Shown: positions 33,909 through 43,406 of the stretch, one piece after another | Numbering within the stretch: the first letter of the stretch is position 1 | Layout: each line of letters opens with the position of its first letter | Assembly: GCA_029979265.1 (NCBI GenBank) | Contig: JAPOHW010000017.1 | Coordinates: 3,047-67,046 of the forward strand | Source of the DNA: Actinomycetota bacterium | Lineage (GTDB): Bacteria; Actinomycetota; Acidimicrobiia; Acidimicrobiales; Aldehydirespiratoraceae | Length of the DNA stretch: 64,000 nucleotides | Reading direction: 5' to 3' | Made by a program: the position numbers and the translations under genes | Notes under the pieces: generated by a model | Told to the model about the DNA's origin: nothing | Seen by the model: only the letters and a program-made list of their open reading frames with translations | Databases searched by the model: none

Positions 33909-35420
33909 TCATCGCCGACCTCCGTGACCAGCGAGGGCGCCGAGTTCGTCGTGCTCGATGTCGAGCAGTCGATCGAAGTGCGCTCGCAGCTGGGAGCGCC
34001 GCCCGGTGTCGTTGGCGAGGTTGATCAACTCGTGCGGGTCATGGCGCGGCTCGTACCACTCGTGGTCGTGGTCTTCGAAGGCGGCATCTTCGCCGAACAA
34101 TTTCGGCCGCCGGTCCACAGTGCCGTCACGTGCGACACCGCCGCCGATGCCGTAGTAGCGGGCGTACTTGGTCTCGCCGTCGAAGAACCCACGAACCGCG
34201 TACCGGGTGTTGGCGATCAGGCCCGACTGAGCCGAGTCCTGTGCGAAGAACACATACTCCCGCGGTGATGCCGAGGGATCGGCCAAGGCAGGCGAGAGAT
34301 CAACCCCCGACAGCGTGGGTATCGATCCGATGTCGACTCCCCCCAGTGCGCACATGGTGGCGGCCAGATCGACATGGGTGGCGAGCGCGTCGGTCTCGGT
34401 GCCCGGTCGGGTCATGCCCGGCACCTTCATGATCAGGGGAACCCCCATCACCTCTTCGTACACACACGGCAATTTCGCGCGGAGGCCATGGCTTCCGCAG
34501 GCGTCGCCATGGTCGGACGTATACGCGATGACGGTGTCGTCATAGATGCCGAGCTCGTCGAGCACATCGAGAATGCCCTGCAGATTCCGGTCGAGTTCTC
34601 GGTGCAGATAGGCGTAGTAGTCGAGCTGCCGCAGCCACGAGCGCTCGTCGTCGAGATCGAGATGCCCCACCATGTGCTCGGTGTTTCGCACCTGGCGCCA
34701 GGCCCGCTGGATCTCGGGCTTGGTGTGCAGATCGTCGTGGAAGTTCGCGGGAAGTGTCTCGAACACTTCGTCGTAGTCTTCCGACATCGGTTCGACCGGT
34801 ACCCCGTCGAGGCGCAGTTCCCGCATGAAGTCGAACACCTTCTTCATGTCGGGATGCTGGGCTTGGAACGACGGATGATCGATGGGGAACCACATGATGT
34901 CGTGTGGGTTCACCAGCGCCACGGTGAGATGCCAGGGCTCGTCGCGGGTGCCGTGCTTGCGGAGCCACGTGATGGCATCGCCGGCGATGATCGGGTCGAA
35001 GTGGCGACCACTCCACGCCGACCCCGTGTAGTGCATGTCGTTTCCCGTGAAGTCGTGATAGCCGAACGCCTCCATGTCGGGGATCTCGTCGTGGCTGAGG
35101 TGGAACTTCCCGAGGTAGCCCGAGTAGTACCCCTGTTCGCCCAGCAGCGATCCGATGGTCGGAATGGTCGGATCGAGCGCAGTGTGGGTTGGGAACGAGA
35201 CATTGTCGACAACGCCGTGCTCGGCGAGGTAACTGCCGGTGTACAGCGATGCCCGACTCGGTGAACACGGTGATGCGTGGGTGTAGTAGCGGTTGAAGGT
35301 GATGCCGTCGTCCATCAGCCGCTGGTGGGCGGGAAGATCGACCTTGCCCCGCAGCCAGTCGTTGCGACGTTCCTCGTCGGAGACGATGAGGAGCTGGTTT
35401 GGCCTCTTCGCCCCGTTCAT
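33909..35420 (-). CDS. Sulfatase (formylglycine-dependent, Cys-type)
   Basis: 503 aa. Sulfatase signature SPCSPSRASLYTG and DHGD motif. The ATG at 35420 was chosen. Confidence 0.9.
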   Translation of the reverse strand: MNGAKRPNQLLIVSDEERRNDWLRGKVDLPAHQRLMDDGITFNRYYTHASPCSPSRASLYTGSYLAEHGVVDNVSFPTHTALDPTIPTIGSLLGEQGYYSGYLGKFHLSHDEIPDMEAFGYHDFTGNDMHYTGSAWSGRHFDPIIAGDAITWLRKHGTRDEPWHLTVALVNPHDIMWFPIDHPSFQAQHPDMKKVFDFMRELRLDGVPVEPMSEDYDEVFETLPANFHDDLHTKPEIQRAWRQVRNTEHMVGHLDLDDERSWLRQLDYYAYLHRELDRNLQGILDVLDELGIYDDTVIAYTSDHGDACGSHGLRAKLPCVYEEVMGVPLIMKVPGMTRPGTETDALATHVDLAATMCALGGVDIGSIPTLSGVDLSPALADPSASPREYVFFAQDSAQSGLIANTRYAVRGFFDGETKYARYYGIGGGVARDGTVDRRPKLFGEDAAFEDHDHEWYEPRHDPHELINLANDTGRRSQLRAHFDRLLDIEHDELGALAGHGGRR

Positions 35421-35431
35421 GGCCGCTGACG

Positions 35432-36091
35432 TTAGGGGCGGCTGAGCATCGCCGCCATCTGGCTGCGGGCCTCGGCGATCGCCTCGCTGTCGACCAGACC
35501 GTCGACGGAAAACGGGTTTCCCACCCGGACTTCGACCTCGGGCCGGTTGCGCAGTCGAAGGGTCGGAAGCTTTGCGCGACTGCCCCACACGTGATCGGCG
35601 TTGGTGATCACGATCGGGAGCACTCGGGCATTGGCCTTGCGGGCAATGGTGACGAAGCCGTCACGGAAGTCCCCCATGCCGTCGGGGCTCCGGTCCTCGG
35701 GTGGGACGATCCTCCCCTCGACCATGACGGCAACCGGTCGCCCGGCGTCGAGGGTCTCCACGGCCACCGCTACGGCGTCGGTGCCCCCACCTCCGGCCGG
35801 AACACAGTCGACGGTGCGGAGGAACGTTCCCATCAGGGGATTCGCGAAATAGGCGTAGCGGACCAGACAGCGCGCCGGGTATTTCCAGTCCGACAGCGTG
35901 GCGATCGCGTAGAAGACGTCGGACATGCTCGTGTGGTTGGCGACGAAGACGACCGGACCGTCATCGAGGTTCGGGAGCCGTTCACTGCTGGGCCGGCTCA
36001 GGACTCGACTCACGAAACGGAAGATCTTCCCGAAGACGCGAAACCGCCATGTCGTCGGCAGGGGGGTGGGTGACGTTCCGGCGTAGGCCAC
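35432..36091 (-). CDS. Lysophospholipid / 1-acyl-sn-glycerol-3-phosphate acyltransferase family
   Basis: 219 aa. HxxxxD motif (NHTSMSD) and VEG(R) block. Confidence 0.75.
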   Translation of the reverse strand: MAYAGTSPTPLPTTWRFRVFGKIFRFVSRVLSRPSSERLPNLDDGPVVFVANHTSMSDVFYAIATLSDWKYPARCLVRYAYFANPLMGTFLRTVDCVPAGGGGTDAVAVAVETLDAGRPVAVMVEGRIVPPEDRSPDGMGDFRDGFVTIARKANARVLPIVITNADHVWGSRAKLPTLRLRNRPEVEVRVGNPFSVDGLVDSEAIAEARSQMAAMLSRP

Positions 36092-36143
36092 GTGGGATGT
36101 CTAGTCGGCTGCGATACAGGTGCGGTGACGGGGGAGCAGTAGC

Positions 36144-37355
36144 TTGCGCCCGGTGACCGCCCCAGCCAGCGTCGAACGGGTCTATACGCCCCGCATCCTG
36201 GCGGTCTTCGGGGCAACGATGCTCTACTTCGGCGTTGCCGGGGTGGCCTTCCCGGTGTTGCCGCGGCTGGTGGAGCGTGAGCTCGGTGGTGGCTCGGCCG
36301 AGATCGGTCTTGCCTTCGGTGTGTGGGCGATCGGCATGCTGGTCGTGCGTCCGTTCGGTGGCTACATGCTCGATCGGGTCGGTCGGCGGCCGGTGATGAT
36401 CGGTGGTGCGTTGGCCCTGGTGGTGGCGCAGCTGCTCCACACGCCGGCGGCGGGCACGGGTGAGCTGTGGGTGCTGCTCGTGGTGCGAGTGTTCTCCGGC
36501 GCAGCAAGCTCGGTGATGTACCTGTCGCAAGCGACCGTCGCGACCGAACTTCCACCCGCAGAGCACCGTGACCGGGTGTTCGGGCTGTTTTCGACTGTGG
36601 TGCTCGTCGGCTTTGCCGTTGGACAGGTGTTCGGCGAGATCGTCATGCAGGCCCACGGCTTCGCCTGGGCGTTTGCCCTCGCCGCTGCATTCTGTGGCTC
36701 CACTGCGATCGTCGCCTGTGTGCTGCCCGAGACCCGTCCCCCCGATGCGGTCCCCGCCGCCAAGGTGCGTGATCTGTTCCACCCGGCCGCTGCTCGTGTC
36801 GGTGTCATCAACATGCTGGTGTTCGTCGGGTTCCTCGGCTTCAACGCGTTCATCGCCGACTACGGAGAGGAGTTCGGCATCGAAGATGCCCGCTGGTTGC
36901 TCCTGACCTACTCGGTGGTCGTGATGGTCATGCGATCGGTGAGTGGACTGGCCTTCGTCCGGTTCCCTCGTCGTTGGCTCGCAACCTTTGCGCACAGCAC
37001 GGTGATCATCGGCGCGCTGCTCTTGGCCACGGCGTCGTCGACGGCCTGGCTCTACGCCGCCGCAGTGGTGCTGGCGATCGGCCTGGCCTGGAACGTGCCG
37101 CTGATGATTCTCATCGCCGTCGATTCCGCGTCGGATGCGGAACGATCCCGGGCCGTCGCAACGGTGACGACCTTCGGTGACCTTGCCAATGCAGTCGGCA
37201 CCCTCGCCCTCGGCTTCGTGGCCGATGCGTTCGGCTACGACGGCATGTATGTGGTGGTCGCCGGGTCGTCGTTGGCTGCGCTGGTGCTCATGCGCAGTCC
37301 GTTCCTCGCCCACGTACCGGGTGTCACCGGCCGCCCTTCGTCACCGCTGCGCTAA
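36144..37355 (+). CDS. MFS transporter
   Basis: 403 aa with 12 hydrophobic segments and a GGYMLDRVGRR loop motif. TTG start is uncertain (GTG at 36153 is the alternative). Confidence 0.8.
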   Translation: MRPVTAPASVERVYTPRILAVFGATMLYFGVAGVAFPVLPRLVERELGGGSAEIGLAFGVWAIGMLVVRPFGGYMLDRVGRRPVMIGGALALVVAQLLHTPAAGTGELWVLLVVRVFSGAASSVMYLSQATVATELPPAEHRDRVFGLFSTVVLVGFAVGQVFGEIVMQAHGFAWAFALAAAFCGSTAIVACVLPETRPPDAVPAAKVRDLFHPAAARVGVINMLVFVGFLGFNAFIADYGEEFGIEDARWLLLTYSVVVMVMRSVSGLAFVRFPRRWLATFAHSTVIIGALLLATASSTAWLYAAAVVLAIGLAWNVPLMILIAVDSASDAERSRAVATVTTFGDLANAVGTLALGFVADAFGYDGMYVVVAGSSLAALVLMRSPFLAHVPGVTGRPSSPLR

Positions 37356-37370
37356 TCGGCGAGCTCGACG

Positions 37371-39233
37371 TCAGCCGACCTCGGCTCGCACGAGCGCTTC
37401 GTACAGCTCTTCGTAGAGCCCACCCGAATGACGCAGTTCTTCGTGGGTGCCACGTTCGACGATTCGACCGTCGTCGAGGACGAGGATCTGATCGGCGTCG
37501 GTGATGGTCGACAGCCGATGGGCGATGACGAGTGAGGTCCGTCCCTCGAGGGCGCGGGCCAAGGCCTCTTGCACGTGGGCCTCGTTCTCGGTGTCGAGAT
37601 GGCTGGTTGCTTCGTCGAGGATCACGATCGCCGGGTCTTTCAACAGCATGCGAGCGATGGCGAGGCGTTGCTTCTCACCGCCGGAAAGTCGGTAGCCCCG
37701 CTCACCGACGACCGTGTCGTAGCCGTCGGGGAGTTCTGCAATGACGTCGTGGATTCGTGCGGCCCGGCACGCGTCGACGAGTTCGTCGTCGGTTGCGTCC
37801 GGTCGGGCGTAGCGGAGGTTGGCACCGACCGACTCGTGGAACAGATGGGGGTCTTGGCTGACGACACCGATCGTCTGGCGCAGCGAGTCCTGTGTGACCG
37901 AGCGGATGTCGTGCCCGTCGATCGTGATCGACCCACTCGTGACGTCGTAGAGCCGAGGGACCAGCGATGTCATCGTCGTCTTGCCGCTCCCCGACGGGCC
38001 GACGATGGCGACCATGTGGCCGGGGGCGACGGCGACGTCGAGTCCGCGCAACACGTCGTCAGGTGAGCCGGTCTGCTCACCGCCACCGAGCGAGGCAGGC
38101 GTTCCCTCGGCAGGGTCGGGGTATCGGAAGGTGACGTCTCGGAAGTGGATCTCGCCGCGCGCCGGGCGGGGAAGTTCGAAGGCGTCCTCAGCGTCTTGGA
38201 TGACGTTGGGAGTGTCGAGGACCTCGAACACCCGCTCGAAGGACACGAACGCCTGCATGATGTCGACACGCGCGTTCGACAGCGAGGTGAGCGGCATGTA
38301 GATGCGCACGGTGTACAGGCCGAGCGCAACGAGAGTGCCAGGGGTGATGTCGCCATCGATCACCTGGTGTCCACCCCACCAGTACACGAGTGCCGTACCG
38401 ATGGCGCCTACGAGAGTGAGGGCGGTGAGAAACACCCGCGAGTACATCGCCGAGCGAACACCGATGTCTCGAACCCGGCCGGCCCGTTCGCCGAAGTCGT
38501 CGGCCTCCGCCCGATGACGACCGAACAACTTGACGAGCAAGGCGCCGGCGACGTTGAAGCGTTCCGTCATCGTGTTGTTCATCGAGGCATTGAGGTTCAT
38601 GCCTTCGCGAGTGATGTCGCTCAACCCGGCTCCGACTCGTCGTGCCGGAAGGACGAAGAAGGGCAGGATCACGATGGCGAGCAGGGTGAGTTTCCACTCG
38701 AGCAACAACATCGCGATCAGGGTGCCGGTGAGTGCGATGACGTTGCCGACGACCGTTCCGAGTGTGCCGGTGAAGGCGCGCTGGGCGCCGATCACGTCGT
38801 TGTTGAGGCGACTGATGAGCGTCCCGGTCTGGGTTCGGGTGAAGAACGCAAGCGGCATGCGCTGGACGTGGTCGAAGAGTCTGACCCGCAGGTCGTAGAT
38901 CAGGCCCTCACCGATTCGGCTCGACAGATAGCGCTCGACGAGGCCAAGGATCGCCTCGCCGAGTGCGGCGGCAATCATGAAGAGGAAAAGGATGTTGATG
39001 TAACCGCCATCGCCGTTGACGATCGCGTCGTCGAACACCTCTCGGATCAGCAGTGGGGGCAACAACCCGAGGAATGTCGAGGCGATGATCGTGCCGAGGA
39101 ACCCGAGGATCGATCCCCGGTACGGCCTTGCGAACCCGAACACACGCGTCCGCGTCTGCTTGGTGATGGCTTTGCCGTCGAGCGCCGACCGGTCCGACGT
39201 CATCGAGTGCATGATCTGGAACGGACTTGTCAT
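37371..39233 (-). CDS. ABC transporter, fused permease/ATPase (exporter type)
   Basis: 620 aa with an N-terminal 6-TM domain. Walker A GPSGSGKTT, signature LSGGEKQR and Walker B ILDEATS. Confidence 0.9.
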   Translation of the reverse strand: MTSPFQIMHSMTSDRSALDGKAITKQTRTRVFGFARPYRGSILGFLGTIIASTFLGLLPPLLIREVFDDAIVNGDGGYINILFLFMIAAALGEAILGLVERYLSSRIGEGLIYDLRVRLFDHVQRMPLAFFTRTQTGTLISRLNNDVIGAQRAFTGTLGTVVGNVIALTGTLIAMLLLEWKLTLLAIVILPFFVLPARRVGAGLSDITREGMNLNASMNNTMTERFNVAGALLVKLFGRHRAEADDFGERAGRVRDIGVRSAMYSRVFLTALTLVGAIGTALVYWWGGHQVIDGDITPGTLVALGLYTVRIYMPLTSLSNARVDIMQAFVSFERVFEVLDTPNVIQDAEDAFELPRPARGEIHFRDVTFRYPDPAEGTPASLGGGEQTGSPDDVLRGLDVAVAPGHMVAIVGPSGSGKTTMTSLVPRLYDVTSGSITIDGHDIRSVTQDSLRQTIGVVSQDPHLFHESVGANLRYARPDATDDELVDACRAARIHDVIAELPDGYDTVVGERGYRLSGGEKQRLAIARMLLKDPAIVILDEATSHLDTENEAHVQEALARALEGRTSLVIAHRLSTITDADQILVLDDGRIVERGTHEELRHSGGLYEELYEALVRAEVG

Positions 39234-39333
39234 CGTCTGGAGAAACGTATCGGCGGTACCGAGAATGCGACGGAGGAGGCGGTGGGTGACCCGCGCAGCG
39301 ACGGGGGTCTGCCCGAACCCTGCCGCTAGCGTG

Positions 39334-40704
39334 ATGGGCGTGAAACGGCCGTCGTCGGCGTTGCTGACCGATCACTACGAACTCACGATGGTTGCCTCGG
39401 CCTTGCGTTCTGGCGTGGCGCATCGGCGGGCAGTCTTCGAAGTGTTCGCCCGCCGATTGCCGCCCAACCGGGCCTACGGCGTTGTCGCCGGGATCGATCG
39501 GGTGCTCGACGCGGTGAGCCGGTTCCGGTTCGACGAAGACACCATCCGGTATCTGCTCGACGTAGGCATCGTGCAGGACGGTGAGATGGTCGAGTGGCTC
39601 CGCGCCTACGCGTTTCGCGGAGACATCACCGGCTATGCCGAGGGAGAGCTCTTCTTCCCGTACTCACCGGTGCTGACCGTCACCGGCACGTTCGCAGAAT
39701 GTGTCGTGCTCGAGACGGTGATGCTCTCGGTTCTCAATCACGACTGCGCCGTCGCCAGCGCTGCGGCTCGTATGGCCGATGCGGCCGGGGGTCGCCTGCT
39801 CATCGAGGGTGGGAGCCGCCGCACCGACCCGGAGTCGGCGGTTGCGGCAGCTCGGGCCGGGTTCGTCGGTGGTTTCGACACGACCTCCAACCTCGAGGCC
39901 GGTCGTCGTCACGGCATTCCGACCGGTGGCACCACGGCACACGCCTTCGTCCTCGCCCATGGGAGCGAAGAAGCGGCCTTCGAGGCGCAGCGTGCAACAC
40001 TCGGCGTCGGGTCCACCTACCTGGTCGACACGTTCGACGTGATGGAAGGGATCCGGCGGGCCGTGGACGTCGTCGGCTCCGACATCGGTGCGATCCGTAT
40101 CGACAGCGGCCAACTCGAGGAAGACAGCCGAGCCGCCCGCAATCTGCTCGACAGCCTGGGGGCAACCGACTGCCGGATCGTGGTGTCGAGTGATCTCGAC
40201 GAGTTCAAGGTCGCCCAACTCGAAGCGGCCGATGCACCGATCGACGCCTATCTCGTGGGCACGAGTCTCGTCACCGGTTCGGGCCATCCGACGGCACAGT
40301 TGGTCTACAAACTCGTGTCGATCGCCGACTCCGACGCTCCCGACGCCGAACTGCGTGCGGTGGGCAAGCTCTCGCCGGGGAAACGCACCCTCGGAGGCCG
40401 TAAGGACGTGCACCGAACGGTCGATGCCGATGGCCGCTTCACCGGCGAAATCCTCTCGGTGCTCCCGGTCGAACTGCAGGACGACACGATGAATCCTCAG
40501 GTGCCGCTCGTACGCGATGGGGAGATCGTCGCCGATCTCACCGACCCCACAGAGGCTCGCCAGCGATGCAACGAGCGACGCAGCCGGCTGCGAGATGCCG
40601 ACCGGACACCGTGGCCGACCCACTCGCCGGCGATTCCCACCATCTGGGAGGGGGTCGAGGAGCCGCTTTCCACGCCGGTACCCGCTGCAGGAGGAGCCCA
40701 GTGA
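39334..40704 (+). CDS. pncB: Nicotinate phosphoribosyltransferase
   Basis: ALLTDHYELTM N-terminus and GGTTAHAF motif. It is coupled to the downstream nicotinamidase by a GTGA overlap. Confidence 0.85.
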   Translation: MGVKRPSSALLTDHYELTMVASALRSGVAHRRAVFEVFARRLPPNRAYGVVAGIDRVLDAVSRFRFDEDTIRYLLDVGIVQDGEMVEWLRAYAFRGDITGYAEGELFFPYSPVLTVTGTFAECVVLETVMLSVLNHDCAVASAAARMADAAGGRLLIEGGSRRTDPESAVAAARAGFVGGFDTTSNLEAGRRHGIPTGGTTAHAFVLAHGSEEAAFEAQRATLGVGSTYLVDTFDVMEGIRRAVDVVGSDIGAIRIDSGQLEEDSRAARNLLDSLGATDCRIVVSSDLDEFKVAQLEAADAPIDAYLVGTSLVTGSGHPTAQLVYKLVSIADSDAPDAELRAVGKLSPGKRTLGGRKDVHRTVDADGRFTGEILSVLPVELQDDTMNPQVPLVRDGEIVADLTDPTEARQRCNERRSRLRDADRTPWPTHSPAIPTIWEGVEEPLSTPVPAAGGAQ

Positions 40705-41288
40705 CCACGACTCGGAGGGCGGCACTGGTTGTCGTCGACGTACAGAACGACTTCTGTGAGGGTGGCGCCATGGGGGTCGACGGTGGTGCCGCCGTCGCCC
40801 GGTCGATCACCGAATGGGTCGGCCTCGATCGGGCCGGTGGCGACTATGCCCTCGTGGTGGCGACCAAGGACTGGCACGTCGATCCGGGTGACCACTGGGC
40901 CACGGGTGGTGAGGAGCCGAATTTCGTCGATACGTGGCCGGTGCACTGCGGTGCCCACACCAGTGGCGCCGACTTCCATCCGGACCTGAAGATCGCGATC
41001 GACGAGGTGTTTCTGAAGGGTCGTTCGACCGCCAGCTACACCGGATTCGACGGTGGCGCTGCCAGTGACGAGTCGGTGCTGCTCGGCCCGTGGCTTCGGG
41101 AACGTGGCGTCACCGACGTCGACGTCGTGGGGATCGCCACCGATCATTGCGTGCGAGCAACCGCGTGCGACGCGAAGGCTCAGGGCTTCGACACCCGGGT
41201 GTTGTCTGCCCATTGTGCGGGCGTCGCGCCCGACACCACCGACGCAGCACTGGAAGAGATGGCTGCTGCCGGTATCGAACTCGTGTGA
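40701..41288 (+). CDS. pncA: Nicotinamidase/pyrazinamidase (isochorismatase family)
   Basis: VVDVQNDFCEGG, KDWH and catalytic Cys context GIATDHCV. gaggag lies upstream of the GTG at 40701. Confidence 0.85.
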   Translation: MTTTRRAALVVVDVQNDFCEGGAMGVDGGAAVARSITEWVGLDRAGGDYALVVATKDWHVDPGDHWATGGEEPNFVDTWPVHCGAHTSGADFHPDLKIAIDEVFLKGRSTASYTGFDGGAASDESVLLGPWLRERGVTDVDVVGIATDHCVRATACDAKAQGFDTRVLSAHCAGVAPDTTDAALEEMAAAGIELV

Positions 41289-41848
41289 GCACGCGACGTC
41301 CCGATCCCGGTTGGCGCCCTGTCATCGGCCTGTTGCCGAAGATGTTCGTCCCGTTCGTCGGCATGCGTTCGATGGCCACCCAGCCGAGCGCACTGCTCGC
41401 CCTGCGGATGTTGTCGCTCTACGTCGCCGTTGCGATCGTGCCGGTGTGGGCGGTTGCCATCGTGGTCGTTGCCGATCTTGATCGGGGTCGGTCGGTCGGC
41501 ATGTCGGTGGCCTTCGCCGCTGCGGTCGGGGTCGTCTCTTTGGTGGTTGCCCGCACACTTGCAGCGCGGGTCAGTCACCGCTCTGCGCGCGCCTTCGCCC
41601 AGTCGTTTCCGCGCGCCACGATGTTGCAGTTCGTGACCGCGGTGGCGTCGGCGCTCGTCGGGTTCGGATTGACCGTTCTGAGCGGGTCGTTGTGGCCGTA
41701 CGGGGTCGGGTTTGCCTTCGCCGTCGTCGGAGTGGTCCATGCGCTCCCCACTGCAGCCCGATTGGGGCGCGAGCAACAGATCGCAGACGAGACCGGTTCT
41801 GCTGTCGACGTGGTGGCCGCCCTCGTCGAACATCGACTGTTCCGCTGA
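41285..41848 (+). CDS. Integral membrane protein (hypothetical)
   Basis: Four hydrophobic segments. A GTG at 41285 would overlap the pncA stop (GTGA); ATG 41342 is the alternative. Confidence 0.5.
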   Translation: MSTRRPDPGWRPVIGLLPKMFVPFVGMRSMATQPSALLALRMLSLYVAVAIVPVWAVAIVVVADLDRGRSVGMSVAFAAAVGVVSLVVARTLAARVSHRSARAFAQSFPRATMLQFVTAVASALVGFGLTVLSGSLWPYGVGFAFAVVGVVHALPTAARLGREQQIADETGSAVDVVAALVEHRLFR

Positions 41849-41896
41849 GTCGCAATCAGGACGCGCTGGTGGCCGGAGGGGGAACGGTCGGCTCTC

Positions 41897-42337
41897 TCAG
41901 GCCTCGAGGTGCCGGATCAGTGCGTCGAGGGCAGCGAGGTAGCTGTTGGCACCGAAGCCCAGGACCACCCCGAGACACACGGCACTGATCACACTGTGAT
42001 GTCGAAACGCCTCTCGCGCGTGGACATTGCTGAGGTGGGTCTCGACGACCGGGAGCTCCGTGGCGACCACGGCATCTCGCAGCGCAATGGAGTAGTGGGT
42101 GAAGGCCCCTGGATTGAAAATCACAGCGTCGGCCCAGGTGCGGGCGTCATGGAGCGCATCGATCAATCCGCCCTCGTGGTTCGACTGCACGTGGCGGATC
42201 TCGGCGTTGCGCCCGCGGGCAACGGTGGTGAGGTTGGCGATGATGTCGTCGAGTGTGTCGGAGCCGTAGACCTCGGGCTCGCGTGCGCCCAGAAGATTCA
42301 GGTTCGGACCGTTCAGCACGAGGATCTGGTGCGCCAT
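41897..42337 (-). CDS. aroQ: 3-dehydroquinate dehydratase, type II
   Basis: 146 aa. LNGPNLNLLG.REP..YG, QSNHEG and HLSNVHAREAFR motifs. Confidence 0.9.
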   Translation of the reverse strand: MAHQILVLNGPNLNLLGAREPEVYGSDTLDDIIANLTTVARGRNAEIRHVQSNHEGGLIDALHDARTWADAVIFNPGAFTHYSIALRDAVVATELPVVETHLSNVHAREAFRHHSVISAVCLGVVLGFGANSYLAALDALIRHLEA

Positions 42338-42400
42338 GGGGTCCAGAGTACGAGCTGCATCTCGCAACGACAGTGACAATGTGCCGGTTACGGTCAGGAC

Positions 42401-43378
42401 ATGACCGACACGGAGCTCGACCTCGACGACGTGGACGCCGCGGTTCGTCGGCTCGCCGGCGTGGCCCACGTGACCCCCGATGTGACCAGCCGCACGCTCG
42501 ACGACCGCGTTGGAGGGCGTGTTCGACTCAAGGCCGAGTGCTTTCAGCGCACCGGCTCGTTCAAGTTTCGAGGCGCATACAACGCAGTGGCGTCACTGCC
42601 ACCCGCAGCGCGTGCCGCCGGGGTGGTCACCTTCTCCTCAGGCAATCACGGCCAGGCCCTGGCGTTGGCCGCGGCGCTGCACGATGTGCCAGCCGTGATC
42701 GTGATGCCCCACGATGCGCCGGCCGCAAAGCGAGCCGCTGCGTCGGGGTACGGCGCCGAGATCGTCGGCTACGACCGCTACACGGAGTCCCGGGAAGCGA
42801 TCGGCGACGCGATCGCCGCTGAGCGCGGCCTGACCCTGATTCCTCCCTTCGACGCGTGGGCGGTCATGGCCGGTCAGGGGACCCTCGCTCGCGAGCTGTT
42901 CGCCACCGAAGCGGTCGACACCCTCGTCGTGTGCGTCGGCGGCGGTGGGCTGATCTCCGGTTGTGCGACGGTGGCAAAGGCGCTCGGCGACGTGCGGGTG
43001 ATCGGTGTGGAGCCGGCTGCCGGCAACGATGTCGAGCAGTCGTTGGCGGCGGGGGAGCGGGTGGTGCTTCCCGAAACGCCGGTGACGATTGCCGACGGGC
43101 AGCAGACCATGTCGTGTGGTGACAAGACGTTTGCGGTCATGCGGGAGCGTGTCGACGAGATTGCGCTGGTCAGCGATGAAGAAATCGTTGCTGCGATGCG
43201 CTTCGCATTCGAGCGACTCAACATCGTCCTCGAGCCGTCGGGAGCGTCGGCGTTGGCGGCCGTGCTCAGCGGGCGCCTCGAACTCGCCGGTCAACGTGTG
43301 GGTGTCACGCTCAGCGGCGGCAATGTCGATCTTGCTCGGTTCTCGGCCCTCACCGCCATCGAGCCCCCGGTCGGGTGA
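42401..43378 (+). CDS. PLP-dependent threonine/serine dehydratase family (serine-racemase / hydroxyaspartate ammonia-lyase-like)
   Basis: 325 aa. PLP-Lys motif GSFKFRGAYN, SSGNHGQA and GGGGL loop. Confidence 0.85.
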   Translation: MTDTELDLDDVDAAVRRLAGVAHVTPDVTSRTLDDRVGGRVRLKAECFQRTGSFKFRGAYNAVASLPPAARAAGVVTFSSGNHGQALALAAALHDVPAVIVMPHDAPAAKRAAASGYGAEIVGYDRYTESREAIGDAIAAERGLTLIPPFDAWAVMAGQGTLARELFATEAVDTLVVCVGGGGLISGCATVAKALGDVRVIGVEPAAGNDVEQSLAAGERVVLPETPVTIADGQQTMSCGDKTFAVMRERVDEIALVSDEEIVAAMRFAFERLNIVLEPSGASALAAVLSGRLELAGQRVGVTLSGGNVDLARFSALTAIEPPVG

Positions 43379-43406
43379 ATCCGTCGGAACGGTGATCAGC
43401 GGAGGC

